Positions 1-14,420 of a stretch of 64,000 nt of DNA are shown one piece after another. Where the stretch lies: positions 1-64,000 of IMG/VR virus record IMGVR_UViG_3300028840_002431, one strand, 5' to 3'. Position numbers and translations under genes: made by a program. The notes below the pieces were generated by a model that was not told the DNA's origin, made no database searches, and worked only from the letters and a program-made list of their open reading frames with translations. Position 1 is the first letter of the stretch, and each line of letters begins with the position of its first letter.

Positions 1-5705
<5,705 letters not shown>

Positions 5706-5711
5706 CTACCT

Positions 5712-6344
5712 TTATCGAGGGAAAGCCAAGGTGAACGAAGCCGAAAACAATACATCGCCTCCAACTCCTTCGACCCAAAGCGAACCCAGCGCTCCGAGAT
5801 GGCCCATACTCTGTGTGCCAACCAGCGGTAAGAACGCAGTCATCGGGCCGCCGTTTTCGGTGCCAACCAAAAGATTGTTGGCTCCGTCTTCGTTTGTGAC
5901 CTGGAAGTCCTGCATTCTGCGAGGCAGGTCTATCTGCAAAGTCGAACCGTTCGGAGCCTCTCCTTTGATGGTTATGATATTTGTTCCATAGTGGGCCGCA
6001 TCCGGCATAACCAACGTCGGCGCTCCCGGTGTGCCCGGCACGCCGTCGGTCACAGGAGTGAACTGCAACCAGAACGGGTTGTTGTCGTTTATGGCGTAGG
6101 TAGCAGGATCGAAAACAATCCTGACATCCTTTCCGGTGGTCGGCTGAGTCTCGATCTTGCCCCTCGGGATGTTGCTGTCGTAGAACCCGGTATTGGGCGC
6201 TGTTATGAACGTGGCAAACGCCGCGTCGAAGTTGAGAGCGAACCCAAGACGATACTCGTCCACGACCCCCGCGTTCATGGCTTGCGGAGTCATAATGTCC
6301 ACAACGTTCTTCCGCCTACGCCTGATGCTAAATAGTCGGTCCAT
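5712..6344 (-). CDS. Hypothetical protein, probably virion-associated (directly upstream of the fibre gene)
   Basis: 210-aa ORF, SD-like GAGGA before ATG, tight operon spacing. Confidence 0.75.
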   Translation of the reverse strand: MDRLFSIRRRRKNVVDIMTPQAMNAGVVDEYRLGFALNFDAAFATFITAPNTGFYDSNIPRGKIETQPTTGKDVRIVFDPATYAINDNNPFWLQFTPVTDGVPGTPGAPTLVMPDAAHYGTNIITIKGEAPNGSTLQIDLPRRMQDFQVTNEDGANNLLVGTENGGPMTAFLPLVGTQSMGHLGALGSLWVEGVGGDVLFSASFTLAFPR

Positions 6345-6352
6345 ACGATCCT

Positions 6353-6793
6353 CTACTTAATAAGGGGGTCATAAGTTTTTGCGCTCTTAGACGCCGCTTC
6401 CGACGCCGCGCCAACTCCATGCTCACCCTTTACTTTTTCATAGGTAGACTTGTGCGCTAAATCCCGCGCCTCCTCCCAAGAAGAGGTCACTTGGCCCTGA
6501 AAATTGGGTTGCAAACGGTTCGGACTGACATGATCCCGTTGGCGTTGAGTCATGACGCGCCTACGGTCTGCGCGATAAGCGTTTTCTTTGGCGGCTTTCG
6601 ACACCCAACCACCTGACTCGCCGTCCTTGAGAACGAAGTCCACCCCGCCTGGATCGAACACTAACTGGACGTGGCCACCGCACGTGCAGTCCAGTATGAG
6701 ATCCCCGTCCTTCACGAGATCGTACTGCGCAAATGTCAGCTTGCGGTCTTCCCGCTTCTGACAATCCTTACATTCTGTGTTGTATACAGGCAT
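6353..6793 (-). CDS. FmdB-like zinc-ribbon protein
   Basis: MPVYNTECKDC...DCTCGG followed by FVLKDGESGGW resembles the MPxYxYxCxxC...CxxCG...FKGxGW pattern. Confidence 0.7.
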   Translation of the reverse strand: MPVYNTECKDCQKREDRKLTFAQYDLVKDGDLILDCTCGGHVQLVFDPGGVDFVLKDGESGGWVSKAAKENAYRADRRRVMTQRQRDHVSPNRLQPNFQGQVTSSWEEARDLAHKSTYEKVKGEHGVGAASEAASKSAKTYDPLIK

Positions 6794-6804
6794 TTTGATC
6801 CGAT

Positions 6805-7644
6805 CTATTTTTTAGCTACCGACCAATCCTTGGCGTGGGTTAGGACCGCTGCCACGTGCTTACACACACGATTGACGCCGGAAGGGTCTCTGATGATTGG
6901 AAAGCTCGCCGTCCCACGAGGTTTTCCATCGATATATTCTTCCGTCTTGGCGTGGTATTCCGGTCCCTGCCAACGCCAAGCCGGGCACGAACACTTTATA
7001 TCCAAGTCCATCTTGGAGAACTTCGTGATTCTCCCTTTACGAGACGCCTTGATCTTGACGACCTTGGCTCCGTTGCCGCAATCGACAGAGAAAACCCAAC
7101 GCAAATTCTTCTTGTCCACACGTTTGGTGCTCACAGCGCATCGGCTGGCACGCTCGACATACCGTGGGTTAAGGTTTTCCGTTATGGTGTCCATCCGAAG
7201 AGCGACCTTGACTCTGGCACCGCTTTTCAGACGGAGTGTCGGGGAGTTGTGTAATGTGTATAATCCGACAACAAATTCGGCAGACGCAGACTTTGTATTA
7301 GGAATCCCGTCGCGGTAAGGGTACTTCGTCTTAGGGCCTACCCACTTACCCTTGCCGAAGGCTCCGATACCGTCATTCTTGTCCTCGTTGTCGTCGTTAA
7401 TCTCCGGACGTTCTTGGTCTTTTAAAAGATCGTCGGCCTCGTCCACTCGATGGATAGACTCGTCCTCAGGTTTGTCAAAGTTACGAGTTTCGTCGAGAGG
7501 TTTCACATAGGTCTTGGTGCCGGGAATATCCGACTCAAGAGGTAGCCCCTTGTCGCGTGGCTCGCCCCCCGGCAACGCCGACTCTGCCACCGGTCGTCCG
7601 TACGCCGGTCTAGTGGTAAGAGGTTGTGTTAGCGAAGTCTTCAT
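6805..7644 (-). CDS. SWIM zinc-finger domain protein
   Basis: C-terminal CSCPAW...VCKHVAAVL (CxC-xn-CxH). Confidence 0.75.
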   Translation of the reverse strand: MKTSLTQPLTTRPAYGRPVAESALPGGEPRDKGLPLESDIPGTKTYVKPLDETRNFDKPEDESIHRVDEADDLLKDQERPEINDDNEDKNDGIGAFGKGKWVGPKTKYPYRDGIPNTKSASAEFVVGLYTLHNSPTLRLKSGARVKVALRMDTITENLNPRYVERASRCAVSTKRVDKKNLRWVFSVDCGNGAKVVKIKASRKGRITKFSKMDLDIKCSCPAWRWQGPEYHAKTEEYIDGKPRGTASFPIIRDPSGVNRVCKHVAAVLTHAKDWSVAKK

Positions 7645-7650
7645 CTCTTT

Positions 7651-8826
7651 TCAGGCTATGGCCGTTTTGAACTTGTCCTTGTTCTTCTGGTGTTCCTCAC
7701 GCCATTTCTTGGCGTCCTCAGGACTCATGTTCTTGGTCGGATCAGCGGGCTTACCCTCTTCAAATCGAGACTCTTTCTCTTCGGCTGTCTCGGCTGTCCG
7801 CTCCAACGGATCAAGACGATCATGACGGCCAAACTCCCGCTCCTCCGCTTCCAGAGAACGTGCGTCGCCTTCTATGTCATCGGCCAACCGTTGCATCCTG
7901 GTGGCCAACGACATCATCTGGTTGCCGATGGTGCTCTCGAAAGCGGCGGCCTTCTTGGCGGAACTGTGTAAAGTCTTTGGGAGTCCCCGTAGAGGCCCGG
8001 TCTCAGACCACCCGGCTATGGAGTCCTGTAGAAGTTGGGCTACGCCGCGTTGCTGGTCCAAGGTGGCCCAAAGGTTGTCAGCGCTTTGACGTAAGGCCGC
8101 ACAAAGATCCTCCGGGAACAACCCCTCCCCATGACGGCGACTCTTGATCCTAATTGGCCTGAACGCGGCCGTTGCCTCCATCGAGAAAGCTGCGATGTGG
8201 CGAAGCGACGACGCCAACGATAACCGACTGGGCCGTTCTTTCTCAGGATCGGCTTCCGTGATATCCGAAGCCAACTTCCGCAGAACACCAGCAATCTCAT
8301 CGCCATTTTTGGCAGCGGCTGTCTTGGAATCCCCTTCAAGATCATAAATAAGGGCTATCAAGTCCTGGGTTTTGAGGGTCCCCCCTTGTGCCGATGCTGC
8401 CAGCCTCTCTAACCGTTCCACGGCCTCTGGAATGTTCATAACTTTCTCCTCAGATTGTCTTTTGACTCGTCGAATTCGGACATCCTCTAGGGCGTTCTCA
8501 AGCTCCTCGACCTTCTCTGGGCGTAAGGTGTCCTTGATCTCTTCGTAATCCAGCTTCGACGCTGCCAAGGCGGCAGCGCTCAAAGCCTTGTCCATCCGCA
8601 TCAAAGTGTCCGGAATTCCGTGGATCAGGTGGGCGGCCACCTCGAAGAAGTGGTCCCGATGGTCTGATTTGTTGACGAGCGCTACAGCCTCGTCCACGTA
8701 CTTCCGGAGTTGGGCGCACCTCAACCTAGCGTCCCCCAACTCCTCAAGGAGAAACACGGATATACCGCTGGCATCTTTGGCAGCGGCGGCTTCTTTTTTA
8801 GGGCGTCGCAGACAGGAGTCTTCCAC
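7651..8826 (-). CDS. Hypothetical helical protein, putative head-associated
   Basis: 391-aa ORF, GGAG SD before GTG, several K/R-x-A motifs (SKTAA, ERTAE, FKTAIA). Confidence 0.7.
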   Translation of the reverse strand: MEDSCLRRPKKEAAAAKDASGISVFLLEELGDARLRCAQLRKYVDEAVALVNKSDHRDHFFEVAAHLIHGIPDTLMRMDKALSAAALAASKLDYEEIKDTLRPEKVEELENALEDVRIRRVKRQSEEKVMNIPEAVERLERLAASAQGGTLKTQDLIALIYDLEGDSKTAAAKNGDEIAGVLRKLASDITEADPEKERPSRLSLASSLRHIAAFSMEATAAFRPIRIKSRRHGEGLFPEDLCAALRQSADNLWATLDQQRGVAQLLQDSIAGWSETGPLRGLPKTLHSSAKKAAAFESTIGNQMMSLATRMQRLADDIEGDARSLEAEEREFGRHDRLDPLERTAETAEEKESRFEEGKPADPTKNMSPEDAKKWREEHQKNKDKFKTAIA

Positions 8827-8899
8827 CGTAAAATCTCTCCGAAACGAGCGTAGTCACGGGAGAGGTTTCACAAGAGAAAACCCAACCTTGAAACGGCTG

Positions 8900-10027
8900 T
8901 TAACTTTGGAAGACCTCTGGAAACTCCGCCATTAACTTAGCTTTGAACTCATCTGACTCGGCTACGAACACAGCCCTGATGACATCGGGGCGGTCGTCGA
9001 AGTCAGCTTGCAGCCGGGCCAGCTTCTTCTTTGGAGTAGCCGAAAAATCATAGGACTCCGGGAAATCATCACACATGCTGCGTGCGATCTGAATTCTGGC
9101 GTCCCCGGTACCGTCTTCCAACATTACAGCTTTCTTCTCTGCGGCTCTCGGATGAGGCTGCGCCCGTTTGGTCTTCTCGGAGACGTTCGTGGTCTTGAAC
9201 GTAATACCGTCTTCTTCCCGGACGGCCTCCTTGGCCTTGCCGTCACCGCTTGTGGGGTCCGCCACCGCAGTGCCGCCACCGACCTCCTGGGTAAGCTTCA
9301 TCCCCTCCTTCTCCTGCTTCTTCTTACCCTTGACCGTGGCCACCTTGGTAGGCTGGTCTTTGTCGGAAGTAATATACTGCGAGCGCAGAGAACGCTTCTT
9401 CTCCAGGTAAGCCTCCCGATCCTCTGGGGTCATACGTTCCAGGGCCTCTTCTTCTGAGATACCCTCGCCCGGATCGATCTGGACATTCTCCGCTTCCCTG
9501 AGGGCCGAACCAGCGGACTCTGCCGTCAACTGGCTCTTGGATTTAGCCGCTGTCTTCAAGGCTCGAACCGGAACCCCGTCCTGAGGCTCGACTACCTCCG
9601 TGCCCACCTTTGACTTACCGCCCATTTTGGACCGCGCCGCCTTGTTCTTCTTCTGAGTAGAAGAAGCGTGCTCAGCGGTGCTCATCACAACCTGTTCGTC
9701 CGAGTCAGTTGTAACAGGTTCGATGGGTTTGGCTTCCCCGTCATCACTCGTGGCTGGACGAACCTTGATGTTGGCCGAAACCGGCCTACCATAATCAGGG
9801 TTGTCTTCCTCATAGACCTCGGAAGGCACAATCCATTCAGCCGTGACAGCGCTCCGAAGTTGAGGGAAGTTATATTCCGCCCCAGCGTATTTAACGGTTG
9901 AGCCGTCGAACTCTACTTCCGAGTCCTTTGCGACAGTTATGTCGAAAGCACCTAAAGCAAAGCTACGAGTAGCTGTGAAACTATTGAAATCGCCTGATTT
10001 ATATTTGATCTCCATTGTAATCTCCAT
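8900..10027 (-). CDS. Hypothetical charged protein
   Basis: 375-aa ORF; shares a 33-aa segment with the 30136-31710 product. Confidence 0.75.
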   Translation of the reverse strand: MEITMEIKYKSGDFNSFTATRSFALGAFDITVAKDSEVEFDGSTVKYAGAEYNFPQLRSAVTAEWIVPSEVYEEDNPDYGRPVSANIKVRPATSDDGEAKPIEPVTTDSDEQVVMSTAEHASSTQKKNKAARSKMGGKSKVGTEVVEPQDGVPVRALKTAAKSKSQLTAESAGSALREAENVQIDPGEGISEEEALERMTPEDREAYLEKKRSLRSQYITSDKDQPTKVATVKGKKKQEKEGMKLTQEVGGGTAVADPTSGDGKAKEAVREEDGITFKTTNVSEKTKRAQPHPRAAEKKAVMLEDGTGDARIQIARSMCDDFPESYDFSATPKKKLARLQADFDDRPDVIRAVFVAESDEFKAKLMAEFPEVFQS

Positions 10028-10070
10028 TCGAGGTAAGAACCGCCCCTTCTGAAAAACGATAAATAAACTA

Positions 10071-10727
10071 TTAAAGACGCCAATCGATGGGCCGACCCCC
10101 GAACATTTCGAGGGCGACGTTCACCTTTGAAAAAGGCTTGCTTCCGAAGAATCCCTTGTTTGCGCTCATAGGACTTGGATGCGCTGACTCGACAACCACG
10201 TGTTTCTCGGCGTCAATAAGAGACGCCTTGTCTCTCGCGTAACGACCCCAAAGGACAAAGACCATCGGGCGGTCCCGGTCACTCAAGAGTCTGATCACCG
10301 CGTCGGTGAATGTCTCCCACCCCTGGTCTCGATGAGATCCGGCCGCGTGCGCTCTCACGGTCAAGACAGAGTTGAGGAGAAACACGCCCTGTTCAGCCCA
10401 CTTGAGTAGGTGGCCGTGGGTAGGGATAGGGCAACCAACATCGCTCCGAAGCTCCTTGAATATGTTTTGGAGACTAGGAGGAGCCAACGTTTCCGGTAGA
10501 ACAGAGAAGCACAAGCCGTGGGCTTGCTTCCGACCATGGTACGGGTCTTGCCCCAGGATAAGAACGCGGACCTCGTCGAGAGGCGTGGCGTTAAACGCTG
10601 CGAAAACAGCCCCGGACGGTGGGTATACGGTGGTTGTTGCTCGTTCTTGTCTTACGAAATTGACGAGAGCTTGGAAGTAGGGCTTCTTGAATTCGGAGCC
10701 TAAAGCGGTTTTCCAAGAGGGATGCAC
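10071..10727 (-). CDS. ung: Uracil-DNA glycosylase, family 1
   Basis: Motifs ILGQDPYH, HGLCFSV, GVFLLNSVLTV, VFVLWG, HPSPMS. Confidence 0.97.
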   Translation of the reverse strand: MHPSWKTALGSEFKKPYFQALVNFVRQERATTTVYPPSGAVFAAFNATPLDEVRVLILGQDPYHGRKQAHGLCFSVLPETLAPPSLQNIFKELRSDVGCPIPTHGHLLKWAEQGVFLLNSVLTVRAHAAGSHRDQGWETFTDAVIRLLSDRDRPMVFVLWGRYARDKASLIDAEKHVVVESAHPSPMSANKGFFGSKPFSKVNVALEMFGGRPIDWRL

Positions 10728-10735
10728 GTGCTGGA

Positions 10736-10742
10736 CTACACC
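10736..10742 (-). promoter_or_regulatory. GGTGTAG motif upstream of ung
   Basis: Start GTG begins 11 nt after the T of TA; no SD. Confidence 0.55.
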
Positions 10743-10745
10743 GTG

Positions 10746-11147
10746 CTATTGGAACTTGTCCCCCACATTCTTACTGGTCGTAAAACCCAAATACCACCCT
10801 TTGTCCCGGTTCTTTTTGACGACCTTGAGCATGTCCCGCTTACTGCCTTGTTCCTGAATGACATCGCTCTCATCCACGGCGCTGTATGCTTTGCTCTTAG
10901 GGATGGCCGCCTCCTTGCCCTTCTCCTTGTTCTTCTTCTGTTGCGCTAAGAACTGAGGCGGGATCTTTCCTTTACCTTTCTCTTTCTTCTTGCCGTCGTC
11001 TTTGTCGTCCTTCTTGCTGTCGTCTTTCTTACCGTCGTCCTTGCCCTTGGATTTTTCCTTCATCTTCTTCTGTTGCTCCAAGAACTCGGGGGGCAATCCC
11101 TTTGAGTATCGTTGAAGGACGCGCTCAGCGGAAATCTTGATAGTCAT
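10746..11147 (-). CDS. Lys/Asp-rich small protein with N-terminal SAERVLQRY motif (putative head internal protein)
   Basis: GGAG SD; two P-P-x-F-L-x-Q-Q-K-K repeats flank a K/D-rich stretch. Confidence 0.7.
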   Translation of the reverse strand: MTIKISAERVLQRYSKGLPPEFLEQQKKMKEKSKGKDDGKKDDSKKDDKDDGKKKEKGKGKIPPQFLAQQKKNKEKGKEAAIPKSKAYSAVDESDVIQEQGSKRDMLKVVKKNRDKGWYLGFTTSKNVGDKFQ

Positions 11148-11173
11148 ACCTATATGCTCCTATAAACCAAAAC

Positions 11174-11782
11174 CTACTCGACCTTGATAGAAGAGATGAG
11201 TTGGTAGATCAAATCCTTCTGGTCGCCCGTGAACTTCCATCTGACGTTCACGTTCTTGTCGGCCCACTTCTTCGGATCACTCTTCTTCTCTTCTGACATA
11301 GCCAACCAGTCGGCGCACATCTCTGCGACATCCAGGTCGGGCATCTTGGTCGCATCCACCATTTCAGACGGAGGCTTATCCCGGTCGTCGCGATTTATCA
11401 GATCCACTTTCTTGGTGCAGTGGAACTCGGGGTGGTGCCGGTTGTTTTTGACATGATGCTCCGTCGCAGCATTCATCTTGTCTTCAAGGCCCTCGGGAGT
11501 GTCGAAGTCCTTGCCGTCATCCTTACACTTGTACTGCCACGTGATCCAAATGTAAGGATCGATTTCCGGCTTCTTGAGTTTACTCTGGTCGTGGTCCTTG
11601 GCCTGATCAGTTAGACCCTTGAACTTCTTAGGGTCGTGCTTCTCGATCTTCCGGCAGTATTTCTGGACCCTCTTGATGTGCTCGCTGGTTCTCTTGTCAA
11701 ACCAGTCCTTCATCTCCTTAGTAGGGAGATCAGCGTCGGCGCGTAAGAATCGCGCCACAATACGTTTGGCTGAAACACCCAT
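11174..11782 (-). CDS. DUF5662-like / HD-type metal-binding protein with N-terminal SAKRIVARF motif
   Basis: Start reassigned to ATG 11782 (TAATG overlap with the upstream stop); motifs EHI..V, HDQSK, HHVKNNRHHPE, EMCADW. Confidence 0.65.
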   Translation of the reverse strand: MGVSAKRIVARFLRADADLPTKEMKDWFDKRTSEHIKRVQKYCRKIEKHDPKKFKGLTDQAKDHDQSKLKKPEIDPYIWITWQYKCKDDGKDFDTPEGLEDKMNAATEHHVKNNRHHPEFHCTKKVDLINRDDRDKPPSEMVDATKMPDLDVAEMCADWLAMSEEKKSDPKKWADKNVNVRWKFTGDQKDLIYQLISSIKVE

Positions 11783-12426
11783 TAGTGACCGTACAACGGG
11801 CTTGTTTGGTACAAGGGTTTGCCGCCCCACTTATGGGCGCTGGCGTAGCTGGTGATCTTAACAGAGTCGCCCGGCTTTACACGCTTCTTCATGGGCTTGG
11901 AGTTTCTGGCGTACCGACCTGGGATAGGTACTACATAATCAGCCGTCTGGTCCTGCCGGACTGTCTTTTGGGCAAGCCCACGGATTTCTACGAACTTGGG
12001 GCCAATGACCTTCGTGACTTCATAGAAGTCGATATTGGTCTGGTCGTACCCCCACGACGAGTAAAGAATATCCCCGACGTTAAGGCTGTGTTGAAACTTA
12101 AGCCTCTCCTGCCGCCTCTTCTCCTTGGCTTCCAACTGCTCTCTACGATCCTTGGCTCTCTCTTCTATCTCTCGCTCCCGATGCCTCTCGTCCCGGTAGC
12201 TGTAATGGAAAAGAGGCTTGTTCTGCTTGCCCACGAAACCTATGGCGAAGTACTTGATCTTGCTGCCCCTCGGAACTTCATAGGTCCAAACAGCCATGTC
12301 TGTCCCCTTGGGGATGTAGGGGTCGGTGCCCCGAACCTCCGGGGGTAGATAAGAGGAACGAGGTAATGTGATCCGCCCTCTGTAGGCGGCGACATACCGT
12401 TCGGCAACTCGACTGGCTGTAGGCAT
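11782..12426 (-). CDS. Hypothetical protein with N-terminal ASRVAERY motif and a VGDILYSSWGYDQTNIDFYEV domain
   Basis: 214-aa ORF; the SWGYxQTNxxFY signature is recalled from phage/plasmid hypothetical proteins (not searched). Confidence 0.7.
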   Translation of the reverse strand: MPTASRVAERYVAAYRGRITLPRSSYLPPEVRGTDPYIPKGTDMAVWTYEVPRGSKIKYFAIGFVGKQNKPLFHYSYRDERHREREIEERAKDRREQLEAKEKRRQERLKFQHSLNVGDILYSSWGYDQTNIDFYEVTKVIGPKFVEIRGLAQKTVRQDQTADYVVPIPGRYARNSKPMKKRVKPGDSVKITSYASAHKWGGKPLYQTSPLYGH

Positions 12427-12427
12427 A

Positions 12428-12718
12428 TTATTTCTCGACTAGCTTGAGGGCGTCCACGTTCACCGTGTCGCTCTCGGTCTCTTTATTCAGGTCCTCGACG
12501 CTCTTTTTCTTAAGCTCTTTCACATCCAAATAATCAGCCCCGTCTCCATCCCAACCGAACCGGACTTCACGGCTTGCGCCCCAGCCGCCAAGCATACTCA
12601 TCGTGACCATGACCTTCTCAAGTCGGTCGAGCATATCCGGAGCGCTAGTGACGGTATAGGTCCTGGTTTCCTTGGATTGTTGAGCAGTCAAGAACCTGTT
12701 TAGGACTCGCTGGCGCAT
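12428..12718 (-). CDS. Hypothetical protein with N-terminal QRVLNRF motif
   Basis: 96-aa ORF immediately after the capsid-gene terminator. Confidence 0.65.
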   Translation of the reverse strand: MRQRVLNRFLTAQQSKETRTYTVTSAPDMLDRLEKVMVTMSMLGGWGASREVRFGWDGDGADYLDVKELKKKSVEDLNKETESDTVNVDALKLVEK

Positions 12719-12752
12719 CTTGTCTTAGTCGAGAGATGAAAGGGTTAAATAC

Positions 12753-12780
12753 AAAGGCCGACCCCGGAGGATCGGCCTTT
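12753..12780 (-). terminator. Intrinsic terminator after the major capsid gene
   Basis: AAAGGCCGAT-CCTCCGG-GGTCGGCCTTT hairpin followed by GTATTT on the minus strand. Confidence 0.75.
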
Positions 12781-12803
12781 GAGGGAATGTTCCAGCCTTA
12801 CGA

Positions 12804-13682
12804 CTAGACGCGAGTGACCACGATCCTGGTGAGGCCACGCGGGTTGAAAGCACCGATGCCCAGATTCTCGAAGCACGAGAAGCCGATGGTACGGGCCTTC
12901 GGATCGTCCGCCGACAGAACGGTGATCTCGGTGCGAACCGGGATACGGCCGAACTGCTCAGGCTCGCAGCAAACATACGCGAAGCCGGACGGTACCAGCC
13001 TGGATGTGATGATCTGAGCACCCCACAGAACGGCCTGGAGACCGGTCTTGAGCAAGGTGGCCTGACTCTCGATATCCAGAATGTCACGACCGAACTTACG
13101 GATGTCCGCGTAATCGACGGCGTTCATGTAGATGCGAGCGACACGGAGATCGTGCCTCTCAACCTCTGCGAACGCATCAGCGAGCACTGCGGGCGAAATG
13201 GGCGCAACCACCGGTACGTCTGGGTTGGTCTGGCCCGGAAGTGTGTCGAAGCCCGAGACAGCGATGCTGTCAAGGATTGCAAACACACGCTCGTCCTCTG
13301 CCGCCTGAATCTGAGCCTTGGCCAGATCCTGAGCACGCTCGATGAGATCGAAACGACGCTCCTTGATCTGGGTCAGGGGGATTTCAGGGTTCGAGGCAAT
13401 CTCAAACAAGGGGAAGATCACGCGACGCGGCTTCTGAATGGCGAGAATGTTCTCACCCTCTTCACCCACGACGAACGCCGTGACATCCGGGTCCTTGTCA
13501 TAGATCGGCAACGCACCGTCGGGCAGTTGCTCGACGAGGAAGGTCTTGCGACCAACGGCCGAGTAGTCCCGACGAAGACGGAGCGGTTGAATCATGGAAG
13601 CGGCGAGCTTCGCACGTCCAGCGGCCGTCTTGATGTACTCGCTGATGACTTGTTGCTTGACTTGGTTAGAAACTTGACCCAT
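12804..13682 (-). CDS. Major capsid protein (HK97 fold)
   Basis: 292 aa; position after protease, scaffold and decoration genes; FEIASNPEI, AQIQAAEDERVF and C-terminal NPRG resemble the mycobacteriophage Bxz1-type MCP as recalled. Confidence 0.9.
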   Translation of the reverse strand: MGQVSNQVKQQVISEYIKTAAGRAKLAASMIQPLRLRRDYSAVGRKTFLVEQLPDGALPIYDKDPDVTAFVVGEEGENILAIQKPRRVIFPLFEIASNPEIPLTQIKERRFDLIERAQDLAKAQIQAAEDERVFAILDSIAVSGFDTLPGQTNPDVPVVAPISPAVLADAFAEVERHDLRVARIYMNAVDYADIRKFGRDILDIESQATLLKTGLQAVLWGAQIITSRLVPSGFAYVCCEPEQFGRIPVRTEITVLSADDPKARTIGFSCFENLGIGAFNPRGLTRIVVTRV

Positions 13683-13692
13683 GGCTATCCTC

Positions 13693-14331
13693 CTAGGCCC
13701 TCATGTCAAGCACGAGTAGCGAACTGTTGGCGTCTGGAGCGACCTTGACAACGCCCATCAGGGTGCAGAACTCGATGGCGTTCTGACCTGCGACGTTGTA
13801 CTCATAGGCGTCCGCGAGTTGGTTAGTGAGGTATCCGTTCGCGCTGGCCCAGAGCTTTTGGCCCGGAGCGTACGTGATCGGGTTTCCAGCACCACCGCCA
13901 AGTAGGACCTGCGTCTCGTAAATCGAGACCGCAACACAGGAGCCGCTACCGCACACATACGGCCCTCGTCCCGAAGCCACACCAGGGGTGTTCTCGAAGG
14001 GGTTTCCCAAGGAATCGTTGAGATAGACTCCAAGGGGCAAGAGCGTGGCGCTGTAATCGCCGCCGATCTTGACCGGTCCGCCATGATAGTTGTTGCCAAT
14101 ATCAGGGCGCGTAAAGGCAATCGAGGCACCAAGGATACCTACCTTGGAAATCCCCGAAAGCGTCGTGGAGACGGTGTTGGCTGCGGTGACGACAGGAGGA
14201 TTCGCTTGCGTGAACGCATCCGGCGTCAACATACCCACTGAATTGCGGGTCATGACGTGGAGGAGTTGCACGCGACCGGAAGTCTCCCGGAAATCACCCG
14301 AGCTTTGACCGCCGATGGCAAAAGATGTCAT
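13693..14331 (-). CDS. Head decoration/cement protein
   Basis: Directly upstream of MCP, strong AAGGAG SD, Gly-rich beta-type sequence (TYAPGQKLWASANGYLT, MGVVKVAP). Confidence 0.7.
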   Translation of the reverse strand: MTSFAIGGQSSGDFRETSGRVQLLHVMTRNSVGMLTPDAFTQANPPVVTAANTVSTTLSGISKVGILGASIAFTRPDIGNNYHGGPVKIGGDYSATLLPLGVYLNDSLGNPFENTPGVASGRGPYVCGSGSCVAVSIYETQVLLGGGAGNPITYAPGQKLWASANGYLTNQLADAYEYNVAGQNAIEFCTLMGVVKVAPDANSSLLVLDMRA

Positions 14332-14420
14332 ATTTGACCTCTCTCCTTTTTCACAGGCGTTTCACTAGGGTGCTTTACATTCGATCTGATCTAAGCACCT
14401 TAGACCCACACAGAGGTCAA
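14332..14420 (-). promoter_or_regulatory. Structured 5' UTR occluding the decoration-gene ribosome-binding region
   Basis: Perfect 9-bp inverted repeat TTGACCTCT/AGAGGTCAA (14334-14342, 14412-14420) plus inner GGTGCTT/AAGCACC stem (14369-14375, 14393-14399). Confidence 0.55.
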
